Both the position numbers and the translations under genes were made by a program. From Terrimicrobiaceae bacterium (GTDB taxonomy: Bacteria > Verrucomicrobiota > Verrucomicrobiia > Chthoniobacterales > Terrimicrobiaceae): DNA of 64,000 bases. Below are positions 1-10,339 of the stretch, piece after piece. How positions within the stretch are numbered: position 1 is the first letter of the stretch; the number at the start of each line of letters is the position of its first letter. Under the pieces are notes generated by a model. It made no database searches, had not been told where the DNA came from, and was given only the letters and a program-made list of their open reading frames with translations. The DNA is taken from NCBI GenBank assembly GCA_041752695.1, contig JBGSVZ010000102.1, forward strand, positions 33,749-97,748, written 5' to 3'.

Positions 1-729
1 CCGCCGTTTGAGGATGATCAGGTTGTGGTAATACCCATCGGCAAAGAATCCGAAGGTCTTTCCCGCCTGAACGCCTTGGTGCCAGCAGTTCTCATGGATG
101 GTTTCTTCCTCCCGGAATTGTCCAATCGGATCGTAGTTGTCGCGTTGGAGATACGACGGATTGAAAAACGTGGCGTAATATCGAAACAAATCCGCCGTGG
201 ACATGGCCGAAACCCGGCAGCCATGCGGTTCCAACAACGAGGTAATGACGCGCCCATGCTGGTCGAATCCTTCGCTGTACTGGGCAAGAATCCTCCTGTA
301 ATGGTCCTGCAATACCTCCTGATTCGCGCCGGATGGCGGATTGACATCGATGGGCCTCGAGAGAAAAAGCACCAGCTTCTCCCGCCGCAATGTCCCGTCC
401 TGCATCGCCCTCCAGTAGCGGTTGAACCGCTCGTTGCGGGATATGGCCGCCCATGAATCCGGCTCGCATCGGTCTTCCGTCACCTTGTTATAGGCCAGCA
501 ATTCGTCCCGATAGTTGGAATCCACCGACCAGCGGATTTGCGCGCGGGTGGATTCATCCAATGTGTGCAGGAACTGCCTCACGGATGCGTAAAACTGATC
601 CAACGTGTGCTCGCTGGCATGCCGGAGGTCAGGAACGTCGAGGAAAAATCCCTTGGAAACAAAACCTCGTTTGTCGAGATCGTTCCAGACGATAAGATTT
701 TCAGTGAACCAGCCATTAGGTGCTTGCAT
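1..729 (-). CDS. VirB4-like conjugation ATPase, N-terminal part (runs off the window)
   Basis: Not in the ORF track. I translated an open frame from ATG at 729 to base 1 (MQAPNGWFTENLIVWNDLDKRGFVSKGFFLDVPDL...HNLIILKRR). It overlaps the VirB3-like gene, the usual virB2-virB3-virB4 position. The ATPase motifs would lie beyond the window. Confidence 0.6.
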   Translation of the reverse strand, partial: MQAPNGWFTENLIVWNDLDKRGFVSKGFFLDVPDLRHASEHTLDQFYASVRQFLHTLDESTRAQIRWSVDSNYRDELLAYNKVTEDRCEPDSWAAISRNERFNRYWRAMQDGTLRREKLVLFLSRPIDVNPPSGANQEVLQDHYRRILAQYSEGFDQHGRVITSLLEPHGCRVSAMSTADLFRYYATFFNPSYLQRDNYDPIGQFREEETIHENCWHQGVQAGKTFGFFADGYYHNLIILKRR

Positions 730-1045
730 GGGAAAAGAGGGGGTTGCGGGGTTGGCAGGAATGGGGCATCCAGCCGGACCCGTTGGCGTGGGCTTCCAGC
801 CAATCGGTATCGAAGGCCTTGGGTTTGCCTTGGCGGAAGGCGAAGACGTACCCTGTGACTAGAGCGAACGGCACCGCGCCTGCACCAACGCTGAGCATCG
901 GCGCGTTGTGACGCGAGAGCACGAGCGCAAGTCCGATGCTGATGAGGAGTCCGGCGAGCATGAACAGAAGGTTCGTGCCCTCGATGCCCCAAATCTTGCC
1001 GTCGCTATCGTCTCCGGCGTGGGTTTGAACAATTCCCTTGCTCAT
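716..1045 (-). CDS. VirB3/PrgI-like small two-TM conjugation membrane protein (109 aa)
   Basis: Starts MSKGIVQTHAGDDSDGKIWGIEG; two hydrophobic helices; TAATG stop/start overlap with the pilin gene. Confidence 0.6.
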   Translation of the reverse strand: MSKGIVQTHAGDDSDGKIWGIEGTNLLFMLAGLLISIGLALVLSRHNAPMLSVGAGAVPFALVTGYVFAFRQGKPKAFDTDWLEAHANGSGWMPHSCQPRNPLFSHAST

Positions 1046-1293
1046 TATTGGGAGATGCCAATGGTGGGCATTCCACCAGCGTTGAAGAGAGCTTCCGCAA
1101 TCACGACCGCGAGACCGAGAAGCAGGCCGCCCACGATGGACATCTTGCCTTGATCCGCGTTGCCCGACCGGACTTGCCAGCCGCCGTGGGCAATGACTAC
1201 GACCGCGATGATGAAGAGGAACTTTGCAATGATTCCGAGGCCTTCGGACATTGCGCCGTCGAGGGAGGCTTGAGCGAGGATGAGTGTGTTCAT
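1045..1293 (-). CDS. VirB2/TrbC-like conjugative pilin (82 aa)
   Basis: MNTLILAQ leader, two hydrophobic helices joined by a short loop (GGWQVRSGNADQGK); ATGA overlap with the upstream XRE gene. Confidence 0.65.
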   Translation of the reverse strand: MNTLILAQASLDGAMSEGLGIIAKFLFIIAVVVIAHGGWQVRSGNADQGKMSIVGGLLLGLAVVIAEALFNAGGMPTIGISQ

Positions 1294-1655
1294 ACGGTCG
1301 CGATCCTGGCAGCAATTTCGAGGACACCTGCTCCCGTTTGGGAGCAACTTGCGAAGAGCACAATCAGAGTTCCGTACCGAGACGCCTTCGCCCTACAGAT
1401 GGCATCGTAGAGCCGCTTGGCGCCGCGTATGAAGTCGGGATAAAGATCTTCCGTCTGCACTCCAAGTGCGCGGGCAAGGTAGATCAAATCGTCGTCGGAA
1501 ACACAGACTCGGCGGGACTCGATTTTAGAGACCTTCCCGCGGGTGGCTTCCTCCATTCCGAGGATCTGGAGTTTTACGGCAAGGGCGGATTGTGACAGTT
1601 CCCGGCGGCTGCGTAGCCGTCGGATTTGGGGTCCGATAACGTTTCGATTTCTCAT
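1290..1655 (-). CDS. XRE-family HTH transcriptional regulator
   Basis: IGPQIRRLRSRRELSQSALA...VSKIES...LARALGV is a typical HTH_3 pattern. Confidence 0.85.
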   Translation of the reverse strand: MRNRNVIGPQIRRLRSRRELSQSALAVKLQILGMEEATRGKVSKIESRRVCVSDDDLIYLARALGVQTEDLYPDFIRGAKRLYDAICRAKASRYGTLIVLFASCSQTGAGVLEIAARIATV

Positions 1656-1700
1656 GGTGGAGAAACCGTTCCCCAGAAAATGCGGCTACTCCGTGGGTCT

Positions 1701-1730
1701 GTGACGAAGTTGGCAGAAAAAGTGACGAAG
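1701..1730 (-). promoter_or_regulatory. Putative LytTR binding site: perfect 9-bp direct repeat with a 12-bp spacer
   Basis: GTGACGAAG at 1701-1709 and 1722-1730 with spacer TTGGCAGAAAAA; 45 bp upstream of the XRE-pilin operon and just downstream of the LytTR gene. Confidence 0.65.
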
Positions 1731-1768
1731 CTGCCATTTGGAACCCTTCGTCCCAGCCACTCGCCCTC

Positions 1769-2488
1769 TCACAGAATCTTGCGCAGCATCACTGCGGCCT
1801 GCCGCCCGAGCCGAATTGGTGAGGAAAATCCCGCAATCTCGACATCCATTTCGTCACGCGACTTCATCGCCACCCGCCCGACCTTTTCCAGGTTGATGAT
1901 TAATGAGCGGCTGGGACGGATGAACAGGTCTTTCGGTAATCGCGCCTCCCAATCCGTCATGCTGCGCCGAACGATTCTTGTCGTCCCCCTCGTGAGATGA
2001 ACCAGAGTGTAATTTTCCCGGGCTTCGATTCCACTGATCTCGGAAACGAAGGCCACAAGAATGTCCTTCCCTTCACGAAAGAAGACCTTGTCGTCCGGGG
2101 CAAGCACGCCGGAGAATAAATCCTTCGGCTGATGGCGAATTCGCTCAAGAGCATGGGCAAGCCGCTCAGGGCTGGCTGGTTTGAGCAGATAATCAATGGC
2201 GTTGACCTCGATAGCCCTGAGCGCGAACTGGTCGTAGGCGGTAACAAAAATGACCGTCGGCATGGGCATGAGCTTGGCCAGTAGATCAAAGCCATCACCG
2301 TCGCCCATCTGGATATCAAGAAAAAGCAAGTTGGGCCGGAGGTCCTGGCATAGCGTGTAGGCACCTGCGACGGATTCCGCTACTCCGATCACACGTACAT
2401 TCTGGTGGGCGGAGAGCAGGTCGAGCAGCACCTCCCGGGCGGGAGCTTCATCATCCACAATCACGGCGCGCAATTCCGGTGGTTTCAT
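1769..2488 (-). CDS. LytTR-family response regulator (REC + LytTR)
   Basis: IVDDE, LFLDIQM, IFVTAYDQFA and DYLLKP receiver motifs; C-terminal LytTR (F-IRPSRSLIINL); ATGA-coupled to the kinase. Confidence 0.9.
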   Translation of the reverse strand: MKPPELRAVIVDDEAPAREVLLDLLSAHQNVRVIGVAESVAGAYTLCQDLRPNLLFLDIQMGDGDGFDLLAKLMPMPTVIFVTAYDQFALRAIEVNAIDYLLKPASPERLAHALERIRHQPKDLFSGVLAPDDKVFFREGKDILVAFVSEISGIEARENYTLVHLTRGTTRIVRRSMTDWEARLPKDLFIRPSRSLIINLEKVGRVAMKSRDEMDVEIAGFSSPIRLGRQAAVMLRKIL

Positions 2489-3594
2489 GGTGCAGCCGGA
2501 ATTTCTACTCGCACTCGAACCCAACCTTCTTTCTCACTGGCTTTTAGGGTGTGATTGCTTGGATACAGTGAGCCAAGGCGCTGCCGGAGGTTAGTCAGAC
2601 CGATTCCCCCATCTTCCATTGGGATTGTTTCGTTTATCCAACGGCCTGTATTGGCTACTTCCAAAAGGAGTTTTCCTGAATTCGTGCGGGAGACAGCAAG
2701 CCGGATTTTGAGGGGAGGGGGAGAGGTCTTCTTCCCGTATTTGATGGCGTTCTCTATGAGAGGCTGGATCAACACACCGGGAATGAGCATTTCGCGCGTG
2801 GAGGGATCGACAGTGCTATCGATTTCCAAATTCTCCCGGTAGCGTGCCTTCTCCACGGTGATGTAACTCTCCATGGCTTCCAACTCCTCGCGCAGCGGAA
2901 CAAAAGTTCGGTCCCTGTGTTTCAGGGAATAATGGAGATATTCCACGAATGCTTGGACGAGTTCCTTGGCGTGCTGACCGGGTTTTCCAATGGCCGCCAT
3001 TATTGTGTTCAGTGCATTGAACAAAAAATGCGGGTTCATCTGCGCTCGGAGCATTTGGATCTCCAGGCGTTGCCTCTCCACCTCGCTACGGGCGAGTTGA
3101 ACATCACGGGCCATGCTGTCGCGCATGAATTTGAGGCCAAAGTAGAGCAGACTCCATGCGGCGCAAAGTCCGGCGCGGAAATAGAAAATGCCAAAAATCA
3201 TCGCGGGCGTGAAAATTTCCTTTTCGGCCACGCCAAAGAGATCGTGAAATCCCAAATAGAGCAGAGTCAGGATTGCTCCCCCAAGTAGTGAAACGCCTGC
3301 AACGATAAATGCAATGCGCATCGAGCTGGAATGGGCATCATACACTCTCCGGTAAATTTCCCTCATGCCGAGCGTGAGAAAAAAACCTAACCCATCCCGG
3401 TACGCGGAAACGACCACGGCTCCGGGAAAATCCTCAAGAACGACCCATTTCAGGGGGAATGTGAAAACAATGAAGGCCAGCCAGCCAGCAATCTGGAAGC
3501 GCCAAAAAAGGGGTAGTCGCCGAACGAAACTGCGGAGAACCGCTACGCTGAACTGACCAGACTCTGACACTACCCTGATTCCCTCGACCTCCAT
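2485..3594 (-). CDS. LytS/YehU-type membrane sensor histidine kinase
   Basis: About four N-terminal TM helices, QMNPHFLFNALN H-box, QPLIENAIKYG N-box, GGIGLTNLRQRL G-box. Confidence 0.9.
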   Translation of the reverse strand: MEVEGIRVVSESGQFSVAVLRSFVRRLPLFWRFQIAGWLAFIVFTFPLKWVVLEDFPGAVVVSAYRDGLGFFLTLGMREIYRRVYDAHSSSMRIAFIVAGVSLLGGAILTLLYLGFHDLFGVAEKEIFTPAMIFGIFYFRAGLCAAWSLLYFGLKFMRDSMARDVQLARSEVERQRLEIQMLRAQMNPHFLFNALNTIMAAIGKPGQHAKELVQAFVEYLHYSLKHRDRTFVPLREELEAMESYITVEKARYRENLEIDSTVDPSTREMLIPGVLIQPLIENAIKYGKKTSPPPLKIRLAVSRTNSGKLLLEVANTGRWINETIPMEDGGIGLTNLRQRLGSLYPSNHTLKASEKEGWVRVRVEIPAAP

Positions 3595-3951
3595 AGCAGC
3601 CTACCCCCCGGCGTATCGGTTCCTTTGAGTTTCGGGAGCAAAATTTTTGCAGGCACCCGATGGTTCTTCTATATCCCTTCCATGTCCCCAAAAATCCGCC
3701 AATTGAACGTCAGGGATCAAACTGGAAACAACGGGAAACGCTGAATTTTGCGGTGTCGAAATCCATTTTAGCCGTAACCATTCAGCAGCCTGACCACGCA
3801 TGCCGTGTAGTAGTTCCGAGTCCTGGATTCCAATGCAGTGGCGGTCGATCCAAACCATCAAAATGATCGAATCAAGCAGGGTAACTGGAAGAAGGCTCCT
3901 ATTGCACGTTTTCACGACACGTTGTGCGATGCGTCCTTGCCTTAAACCCCA

Positions 3952-5568
3952 CTAGCGCCGATCGCTACGAAAAGGCGCAGCGGGCAGTCCCGCGCGATTG
4001 TAGAGATTGGCATCTGGAGCGTTGGAGAAAGCATACCGGATATCTTTTGGGTTGGAGACTACAGGGCTTGAGGCAACGACAGTCCCTTTGACGACCACCG
4101 CGTCGGCTGGGACAAACTTGCCATCGGCCCCAGCCAGTTGGAATCCTTTCAAGGTGCCATCCCCTTTCACAATCAGGCCGTCTTCAGCATTCGAGAAAGA
4201 AACTTGAATTTTGTCGCCATCAACTTTCATTTCCTGAAAAATCGGTCCCGAATATTCGATGTCCTTGCCGTAAACTTTCGCGAGGGCAATGCGGGAGAGC
4301 CGCGAGGCATAGTCCTGCATATTTGTAGGATGGAGATCGTCCAATTTGCCGATATCGATGGCAACAGCCATACCCGTATTCGGCAGTTTCAAGGCGGCTG
4401 CCTGGTCTTCGCGGATTTTGGCGAGGTCGATACCCTCCGGGTTTTTGCCCGGGCCTTCGTAATTGGGAAGTTGGACAAAAAAGAACGGAAGTTCACGCCC
4501 CCAGTGGCGCCGCCAGGCATTGATGAGGGCGAGGAACGCATCCCCGCCGGTGCCTTGGAACCAAACGACCCCAGCGATATTGAAAGGAACAAGGGGATGA
4601 ATCATACCATTAAACAACATCGAGGTCTGCCGGTAGGCATGATAGCGAGGATCTTGGATGCTGCCCACCGGCTCAGGTTCTGGCGGCAGTGGAACATCCC
4701 GGCCATTTGCCACAGCCCGCTCGGCCTCCGCCAGCCACTCCCGCCATTGATCAAGTTTGTCGAAGCTGGCATAGAGCCCGGTTGGAGCGGGGACGCGCTT
4801 TTTCGAATCCCCCTCCCCTGACGCAACGACCCACTCGCGGATTTTTTCACCGTATTCTTGATAAAAAACTCCGCCGTACTCCTTCACCAGCCGATCCGTT
4901 GCATCTACCCAGGCTTTGAGTTCCTGCTTTTCGAGCAGAGATTCGCGGTCGGTCCAAGCCCAGGCCACCGTTCCGGGAACCGAGGAATGGATCAGCCCAA
5001 TAGGGACACCCAGCTCGGCCTGCAATTCGCGACCAAAGAAATAGGCGAGAGCGGACAGCGGTCTGGCGGTCTGGGGGGAAATGGCTGTCCAAATCCCCTC
5101 GCAGTCATTCTGGGGTGTGAGGGCGGCATGTTTTTTCACCGTAAACATACGGATTTGGGGCGAATGCGCGTTCGCAATTTCCTTTTCACTATCCCGCACG
5201 CGACCCATATCCCAAGTCATCCACGACTGTCCCGAGCAAAGCCAGACCTCACCGATCAGGACGTCCTTCACCGAGATCTCGGAAGATCCTGAAATTGCGA
5301 GGGTATGCGGTCCTCCGGCCGGAAGAGGAGGCAACTGAACCATCCAGCGGCCATCTGAGTCGGCGACGGCCTCCGCGAATTGCCCGCTGAGCGAGACAGT
5401 CACTTTTTCCCCCGGTTCGGCCCACCCCCATATCGGATTTTTCGCATCCCGCTGTAGGACCATGCCGTCCGAGAACAGGGACGGCAGACGGGGTGCCGCC
5501 GAGAGGGGAGAGGCCGAGGCGCACGTCAGTAGCACCGCGCCCAGGAGTCGGGGGAGGTGCATGTTCAT
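3952..5568 (-). CDS. Secreted sialate O-acetylesterase (SASA)-family protein
   Basis: Signal peptide; LFSDGMVLQRD, DVLIGEVWLCSGQS, DLHP, NLYNRAGLPAAPFRSD. Confidence 0.85.
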   Translation of the reverse strand: MNMHLPRLLGAVLLTCASASPLSAAPRLPSLFSDGMVLQRDAKNPIWGWAEPGEKVTVSLSGQFAEAVADSDGRWMVQLPPLPAGGPHTLAISGSSEISVKDVLIGEVWLCSGQSWMTWDMGRVRDSEKEIANAHSPQIRMFTVKKHAALTPQNDCEGIWTAISPQTARPLSALAYFFGRELQAELGVPIGLIHSSVPGTVAWAWTDRESLLEKQELKAWVDATDRLVKEYGGVFYQEYGEKIREWVVASGEGDSKKRVPAPTGLYASFDKLDQWREWLAEAERAVANGRDVPLPPEPEPVGSIQDPRYHAYRQTSMLFNGMIHPLVPFNIAGVVWFQGTGGDAFLALINAWRRHWGRELPFFFVQLPNYEGPGKNPEGIDLAKIREDQAAALKLPNTGMAVAIDIGKLDDLHPTNMQDYASRLSRIALAKVYGKDIEYSGPIFQEMKVDGDKIQVSFSNAEDGLIVKGDGTLKGFQLAGADGKFVPADAVVVKGTVVASSPVVSNPKDIRYAFSNAPDANLYNRAGLPAAPFRSDRR

Positions 5569-6389
5569 GGCTTGGATTGGATGGAAATATTGGTCGCCGA
5601 GAATCCTGAGGGCTCTTTGTTGCCGGGCGGAAATCCCCCGAAGAAATAGAGTCCTGTCTGTCCAATATCCGGCATGTGGTCGTTTGAGAGGTTCAGCTTC
5701 ATCGAGCCTTTGGCAAGAACCTTGTCGGGCTCTGAGGACTTAGCGATGCTGAGAGTGACGTTCGCATGCCGCATTGGGAGGTCCGGAATATTGCGAACCT
5801 CCATGTTGAGACGGTACGCGGTTCCCGGTTCGATGGCGAAATCAAGCGGAATGAGCCGGTGCAGGGTGGAGGGCAGATTAAGATCCGCGCCGTTCTGACC
5901 GAATGTGATTGCAAATTTTCCATCAGCAATCGGACCGACCGCCGCATAGTAAATTCCATCTCCATGCAATGCCATTTGTTTGAAAAAGAAGCCAAACTGC
6001 GTGGCCGGCCTCGGAGTGAAATCCGCCGCAATTTGGAAGTTGCCCAGATAGACGGACTCGTCCTGTTCTTTCCCCTTCACAAAAGCGATGTTGAGTTTCG
6101 CAGAGCGCCCGGGCGGCAATTCGGTGACAAGACTTCCTCCATTTTCCGGTGAGAAGGAGAGACGCTCTGGAGCGAGATTATTCGTTCCAAAACGATTGAC
6201 AGCACCGTTCGGCAGGAAGTGCACCACGATATCCTCCGCCGATTTAGGCACGAACGGTCCGAAGGAAACTTCAGCGGGCTTGTACGGCAGCGGATCGCCT
6301 ATGGTTGACAGACTTCTTGGCTTTGTCTCGTTGGGGCTAATTTGCCACTGGAAAACCATCGACTTTTCTGGATCCGGCACATACGCGGT
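5565..6389 (-). pseudogene. Orphaned 3' part (274 codons) of the IS-interrupted GH95-like gene
   Basis: Removing the IS and one AAG copy joins ...PENRPVTSL to TAYVPDPEK... in frame. Confidence 0.85.
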
Positions 6390-6638
6390 AAGTGGGGTGG
6401 ACCCGGTTTTTAAACCAATAGGAGCGTAAAATAAGCTATGGAACGGGAGCGGAGTTGGGATCTTATTTGTTGGTGCCTGAGTCGGCAACCATGGATTGGT
6501 GGGGGTTTCCGATATTTTGGATCTGGAACGCAAGGCCCGGCTGGCCTCGGAGCGTAGCGCAGAGGCCTGCGCGGGCCTGGAGTGGAAGAGCCAAAATATC
6601 GGACGGCGAATGGGGGGATTGGTTTGGGCTCTGGAGTT

Positions 6639-7540
6639 TCATGCCGCTTTTTTCCATGGTGATGCCATGGGCTCGGGCTTGCGGTGGGTTTCGTAAACGT
6701 GGGCCGGAGTTTCGTTTCCCAGGGCCTGATGAGGCCGCCACGTATTGTATCGCTCGATCCATTGGGCAACGCCGGTTTCCAACTCCCCAACCGTGGCATA
6801 GCCCTTGAGGTAGATGTCTTCGTATTTCAGACTCCTCCAGAGCCGTTCGATAAAGACATTGTCCATCCACCGACCCTTGCCATCCATACTCACCGCGATG
6901 CCGAGGCTTTCGAGTCGGCCTGTCCATTCAGGGGACGTGAACTGGCTGCCTTGGTCGGTATTGAAGATTTCCGGAAGGCCCCGGCTTTGCGCCACGGCGG
7001 TCGTCACGGCTGCTTCCGTCAGCCGGACATCCATCGTGTTGCTCACCGCCCAGCCCAGCACCTTGCGGGAATGCCAGTCCATCACCGCGCACAGATAGGC
7101 GTGCCCCTGCGGCATCGGCACATATGTGATGTCCGCGCACCAGACTTCGTCGGCATGCCCCACCGGCCGATCTCTGAGCAGATACGGATATTTCCGATGC
7201 CCGTTGTCTGGAATGCTGGTGCGTCGCGGACGGCACCAAATCGTTTCGATCCCCATCTTGCGCCGCAGCCTCTGCACCCGCTTCCGGTTGACTTTCACGC
7301 CGTGATCGCGCTTCAGAACCGTCACCAGGCGGCGGCTCCCTACGCACGGATCCTTCATGTAGATCTCGTCCATCAGTCTCATCAGACGTATATCCCGGGC
7401 GCTTTCCTTTACCGGCTTGTACGTCAGCGTCGTTCGCGACACCGCCAGCAGGTGGCACTGCTCCCGCACGCTCAATTTCGGGTGATTTTTTTCCACCAGC
7501 TCGGCGCGGTTCACAGGCCGAGCTGTTTGGATTTTTTTTC
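6639..7540 (-). CDS. IS3 transposase OrfB (DDE), probably reached by a -1 frameshift
   Basis: WCADITY, FNTDQGSQFT, DNVFIERLWRSLKYE; A8 run at 7532-7539 in the orfA/orfB overlap. Confidence 0.9.
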
Positions 7541-7804
7541 CAAAAAATCCAGTTTCACCGTCAGCTCCCCGATCTTTGAATGCAGCTTTTCTCGCTCCGC
7601 CTCGAAGCCTTCGCCTCCTCCGCTCTTTTCCCGGCCGAAGACTTCTCCGACTCCCTCCAGCAGCGTCTTTTTCCATTCCGTCACCTGCGTGGGATGAATC
7701 TCGTATTCCGCCGCGATCTGCTGCGTTGTTTTTTGTCCTTTGTGCGCCTCCAGCGCCACCCGGGCTTTGAATCCTGCGTCGTGTCTTCTGCGTTTGCCTT
7801 TCAT
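7511..7804 (-). CDS. IS3 transposase OrfA (HTH)
   Basis: RRRHDAGFKARVALEA...IAAEYEIHPTQVTEWKK...IGELTVKLDFLEK. Confidence 0.9.
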   Translation of the reverse strand: MKGKRRRHDAGFKARVALEAHKGQKTTQQIAAEYEIHPTQVTEWKKTLLEGVGEVFGREKSGGGEGFEAEREKLHSKIGELTVKLDFLEKKSKQLGL

Positions 7805-7894
7805 TTTCGATGGTCTTTCAGGTTGTGGGTTTCCACCCCCTTCTTCCATCGCATTTTTACACCTTAACTCCTGGCACTAATTTCGGGGTCCACC

Positions 7895-10315
7895 TCAAAG
7901 TGACGTCACAGGCCGGTTTTCCGGAGCAATCACCCAGCTCTGTCCTTTGACCAATTCAAGAGGGATTCGGTGACCAGAAAGTGTCCGGGGTTTTCCGCCC
8001 ACTGTTGCGATCAACTTTTCACCTGACCATGGGTTAATGAGCGTCACTTTGACATCATTGAGCGGTGTGAGGGCAACAAATTCCCGAATACCATCTTTTT
8101 GAGAAGCCTCGACAAAATAGTGCCCCTCGGCGAGAAGTCGGAATCGAGCGTTCCATTCCTCCGGCCAGCCTGCGAAGAGCTGTAAAAGGCCATTATGGCT
8201 TTGGAGGAGGGCCTCGTTTGTGGCTGTGGCAAGGTTTTGCGCGACTTCAATGCGAACCAACCCGATCTCATGGTCCAGCACGGGCAACATGATGGGGGAG
8301 CGGACAATGGCCGCATTTCGCACCGCATGCTTCTTGAACAAATCCTTCATCCCCAGCCGAGCCGACATAATCGGAACCCGTGACCAACCGGGGTAGCCCG
8401 CCCAGACATCCGGATTGCCGAACACCTCGGTAGGCAAGGTGCGCCGCATCCGCTCGACGTCTTCTTCGGGGGCGACCTCTGGAGTGATCAGCTCGAACGG
8501 CCACGTGGGCGAAACCCGGACGGCCTCGCCGTTGTGGCGGCCTTTAACGACTCCAAGCAACCCAGGAGCATAGGTGTCGGGAGGAAATTCCTCCACGAGC
8601 GCGCGAGCTTCAGGCATGTCCATCGTGGGAAGAGGCGGCTGGTTGTCCAAAAATTCCTGCCACGCCGCACGACGGTCCTCATCCACACCGAGAGTAATAC
8701 TCGCCTTGATCAGACGCGGCATGAGCCAGCGTACCGCCGCGAGATCCATCATGCCATTGCGCACTCCAAAATACGCTTCATGTCCATTGGTCGGAAAGAT
8801 GTGGTATTTTCCGTCCTCTCCCTTTTTGAAATAACTCATGTAGAAGTCGGCTGCCTCCTTCATGTAGGGGTAAGCGCGATCTCGCAACCATTCGACATCG
8901 CCCGTGTACGCATAGCGCTTATAAAACATCCAGGCGACCTCCACGGTCCCAGTCAGGAGGTGAGAGGTGAAACTAAAAGCGGCTTTTTCCCCGAGACGCT
9001 TCGAACGCTCGACTTCAACCTGCTCGGGCGTGCGCTCGACGGGCTTTTGATAATACGAAGTCCCTTCAGGCACCCACGCACCATCTGCATTCCAAAGATC
9101 GAGTGCCTCCTTGCGTGCCACGGGAAGCAGCCGCCAGTAATGATTGTAGAACGGATCGATGAGGTTGACGGCGTTCTGCGCAAAAAGCGGAAAATACATA
9201 GCTTCCGTATTCCAGAGCCAATATTGGCCACCCCAGGCACGAATATCCCGATCACCCAGAAAGGTCGATCCATTGAATTTTGGAGGACAAACACCCCGGG
9301 AAGTAATCGCGGTTTGATACAAACCAGCCAGCCAAACCGATTCCATGTAATTTGCCAGGCCGTCCGGACTGTCCAGGGAGACAAATGTGCCCAGGTTGTT
9401 CCAGAATTGTGACCACCATGCTGCGTGCCCATTATCCAATTTGGCCAAACCCATCTCTAAAGCCGTTGTCAACTCCCGGTTGGCAGTCTCCTCCGCGCTA
9501 ATTTGCAGATCATCAGATACTGTGGCCGCCGCCAACACGACCATTCGACCGTGATTATCCGGTTCCAACTCCAGCCACGCACTACGCGAATCTTCCTGAC
9601 GCACAGAAACCTTTCCCGCCAAGGCACTCACGGCAACCGAATATTCCAGACGGTGAGTTTTGGTTTCAAAGACTTCGGTAACGACCACCCGATTCTCGGC
9701 AACCGTAATTTTTGGCCCGGAGCCGGGAAACTTCCCGCTGCCATAAGCGTTTCGGGCCGCCGCATCGAGATCGGCGTCCAGGGGAATGCGCCATTGTCCA
9801 ACGCCCACGGTTGCTCCGCTGGCTCCCTTGCGAGTGTCTGTGAGATCCACCACCAAAACTGGTCGGTCTGCCGCGACAAAAGAGCGCCCGACAAAGGCTC
9901 CACCATCCCCTTCTTCCCGCACGGTCACCACGCCATCACCCATGGAAAGAGAGGCTGAGAACCCCTTGCCATCAAGTGCGAGGCGTGGCTTGGGGCGAAT
10001 CACCAAGCGAGCAAGACTCGGAATGGTATTGTTTTGATAGGGATTGTAACTGGAGAGACTATCTGCTGCCCACGCATCCACGCGGTTGAGCTGATAGACC
10101 ATCCCCCCCTCATAGCGGGGAGTCCAGACCATCGTGCCTAAAACTCCATTGCCAATTGGAAGTCCCTGTAAAGCGCGCTCGACCGGGGCGGTATAAACCG
10201 GGTTACTACGCTCCAGAAGCGTTCCAATGGGAGAGCTTAGCTCACTATGGGCGGATCCGATAAATGATCCCCAAGTCATGGAGGCGATCAGACTAAGGTA
10301 AAATGCTTTATTCAT
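7895..10315 (-). pseudogene. Secreted GH95/GH65-like (alpha/alpha)6 glycoside hydrolase, truncated by IS3 (806 of about 1080 aa)
   Basis: Signal peptide; LPIGNG, PPKFNG, WGGQYWLWNTE, YPYMKEAADFY, NEALLQSHNG. The stop codon is the TGA of the IS end. Confidence 0.75.
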
Positions 10316-10339
10316 AGGAAGGGTAATTGCGTTGCGGGG

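Larger units (their letters stand above)
6393..7897 (-). mobile_element. IS3-family insertion sequence (1505 bp) with a 3-bp target duplication AAG
   Basis: Ends TGAGGTGGACCCCGAAATTAGTGCCA and TGGGGTGGACCCGGTTTTTAAACCA; AAG at 6390-6392 and 7898-7900; orfA/orfB arrangement. Confidence 0.95.

Noticed and set aside
3601..3915. 104-aa ORF between the kinase and the esterase
   Set aside because: No recognisable motif and a GTG start; probably non-coding junction sequence, though a small gene cannot be excluded.
5565..6533. 322-aa ORF as an independent gene
   Set aside because: Its first 47 or so codons come from the IS end; the rest is the 3' part of the interrupted GH95-like gene.
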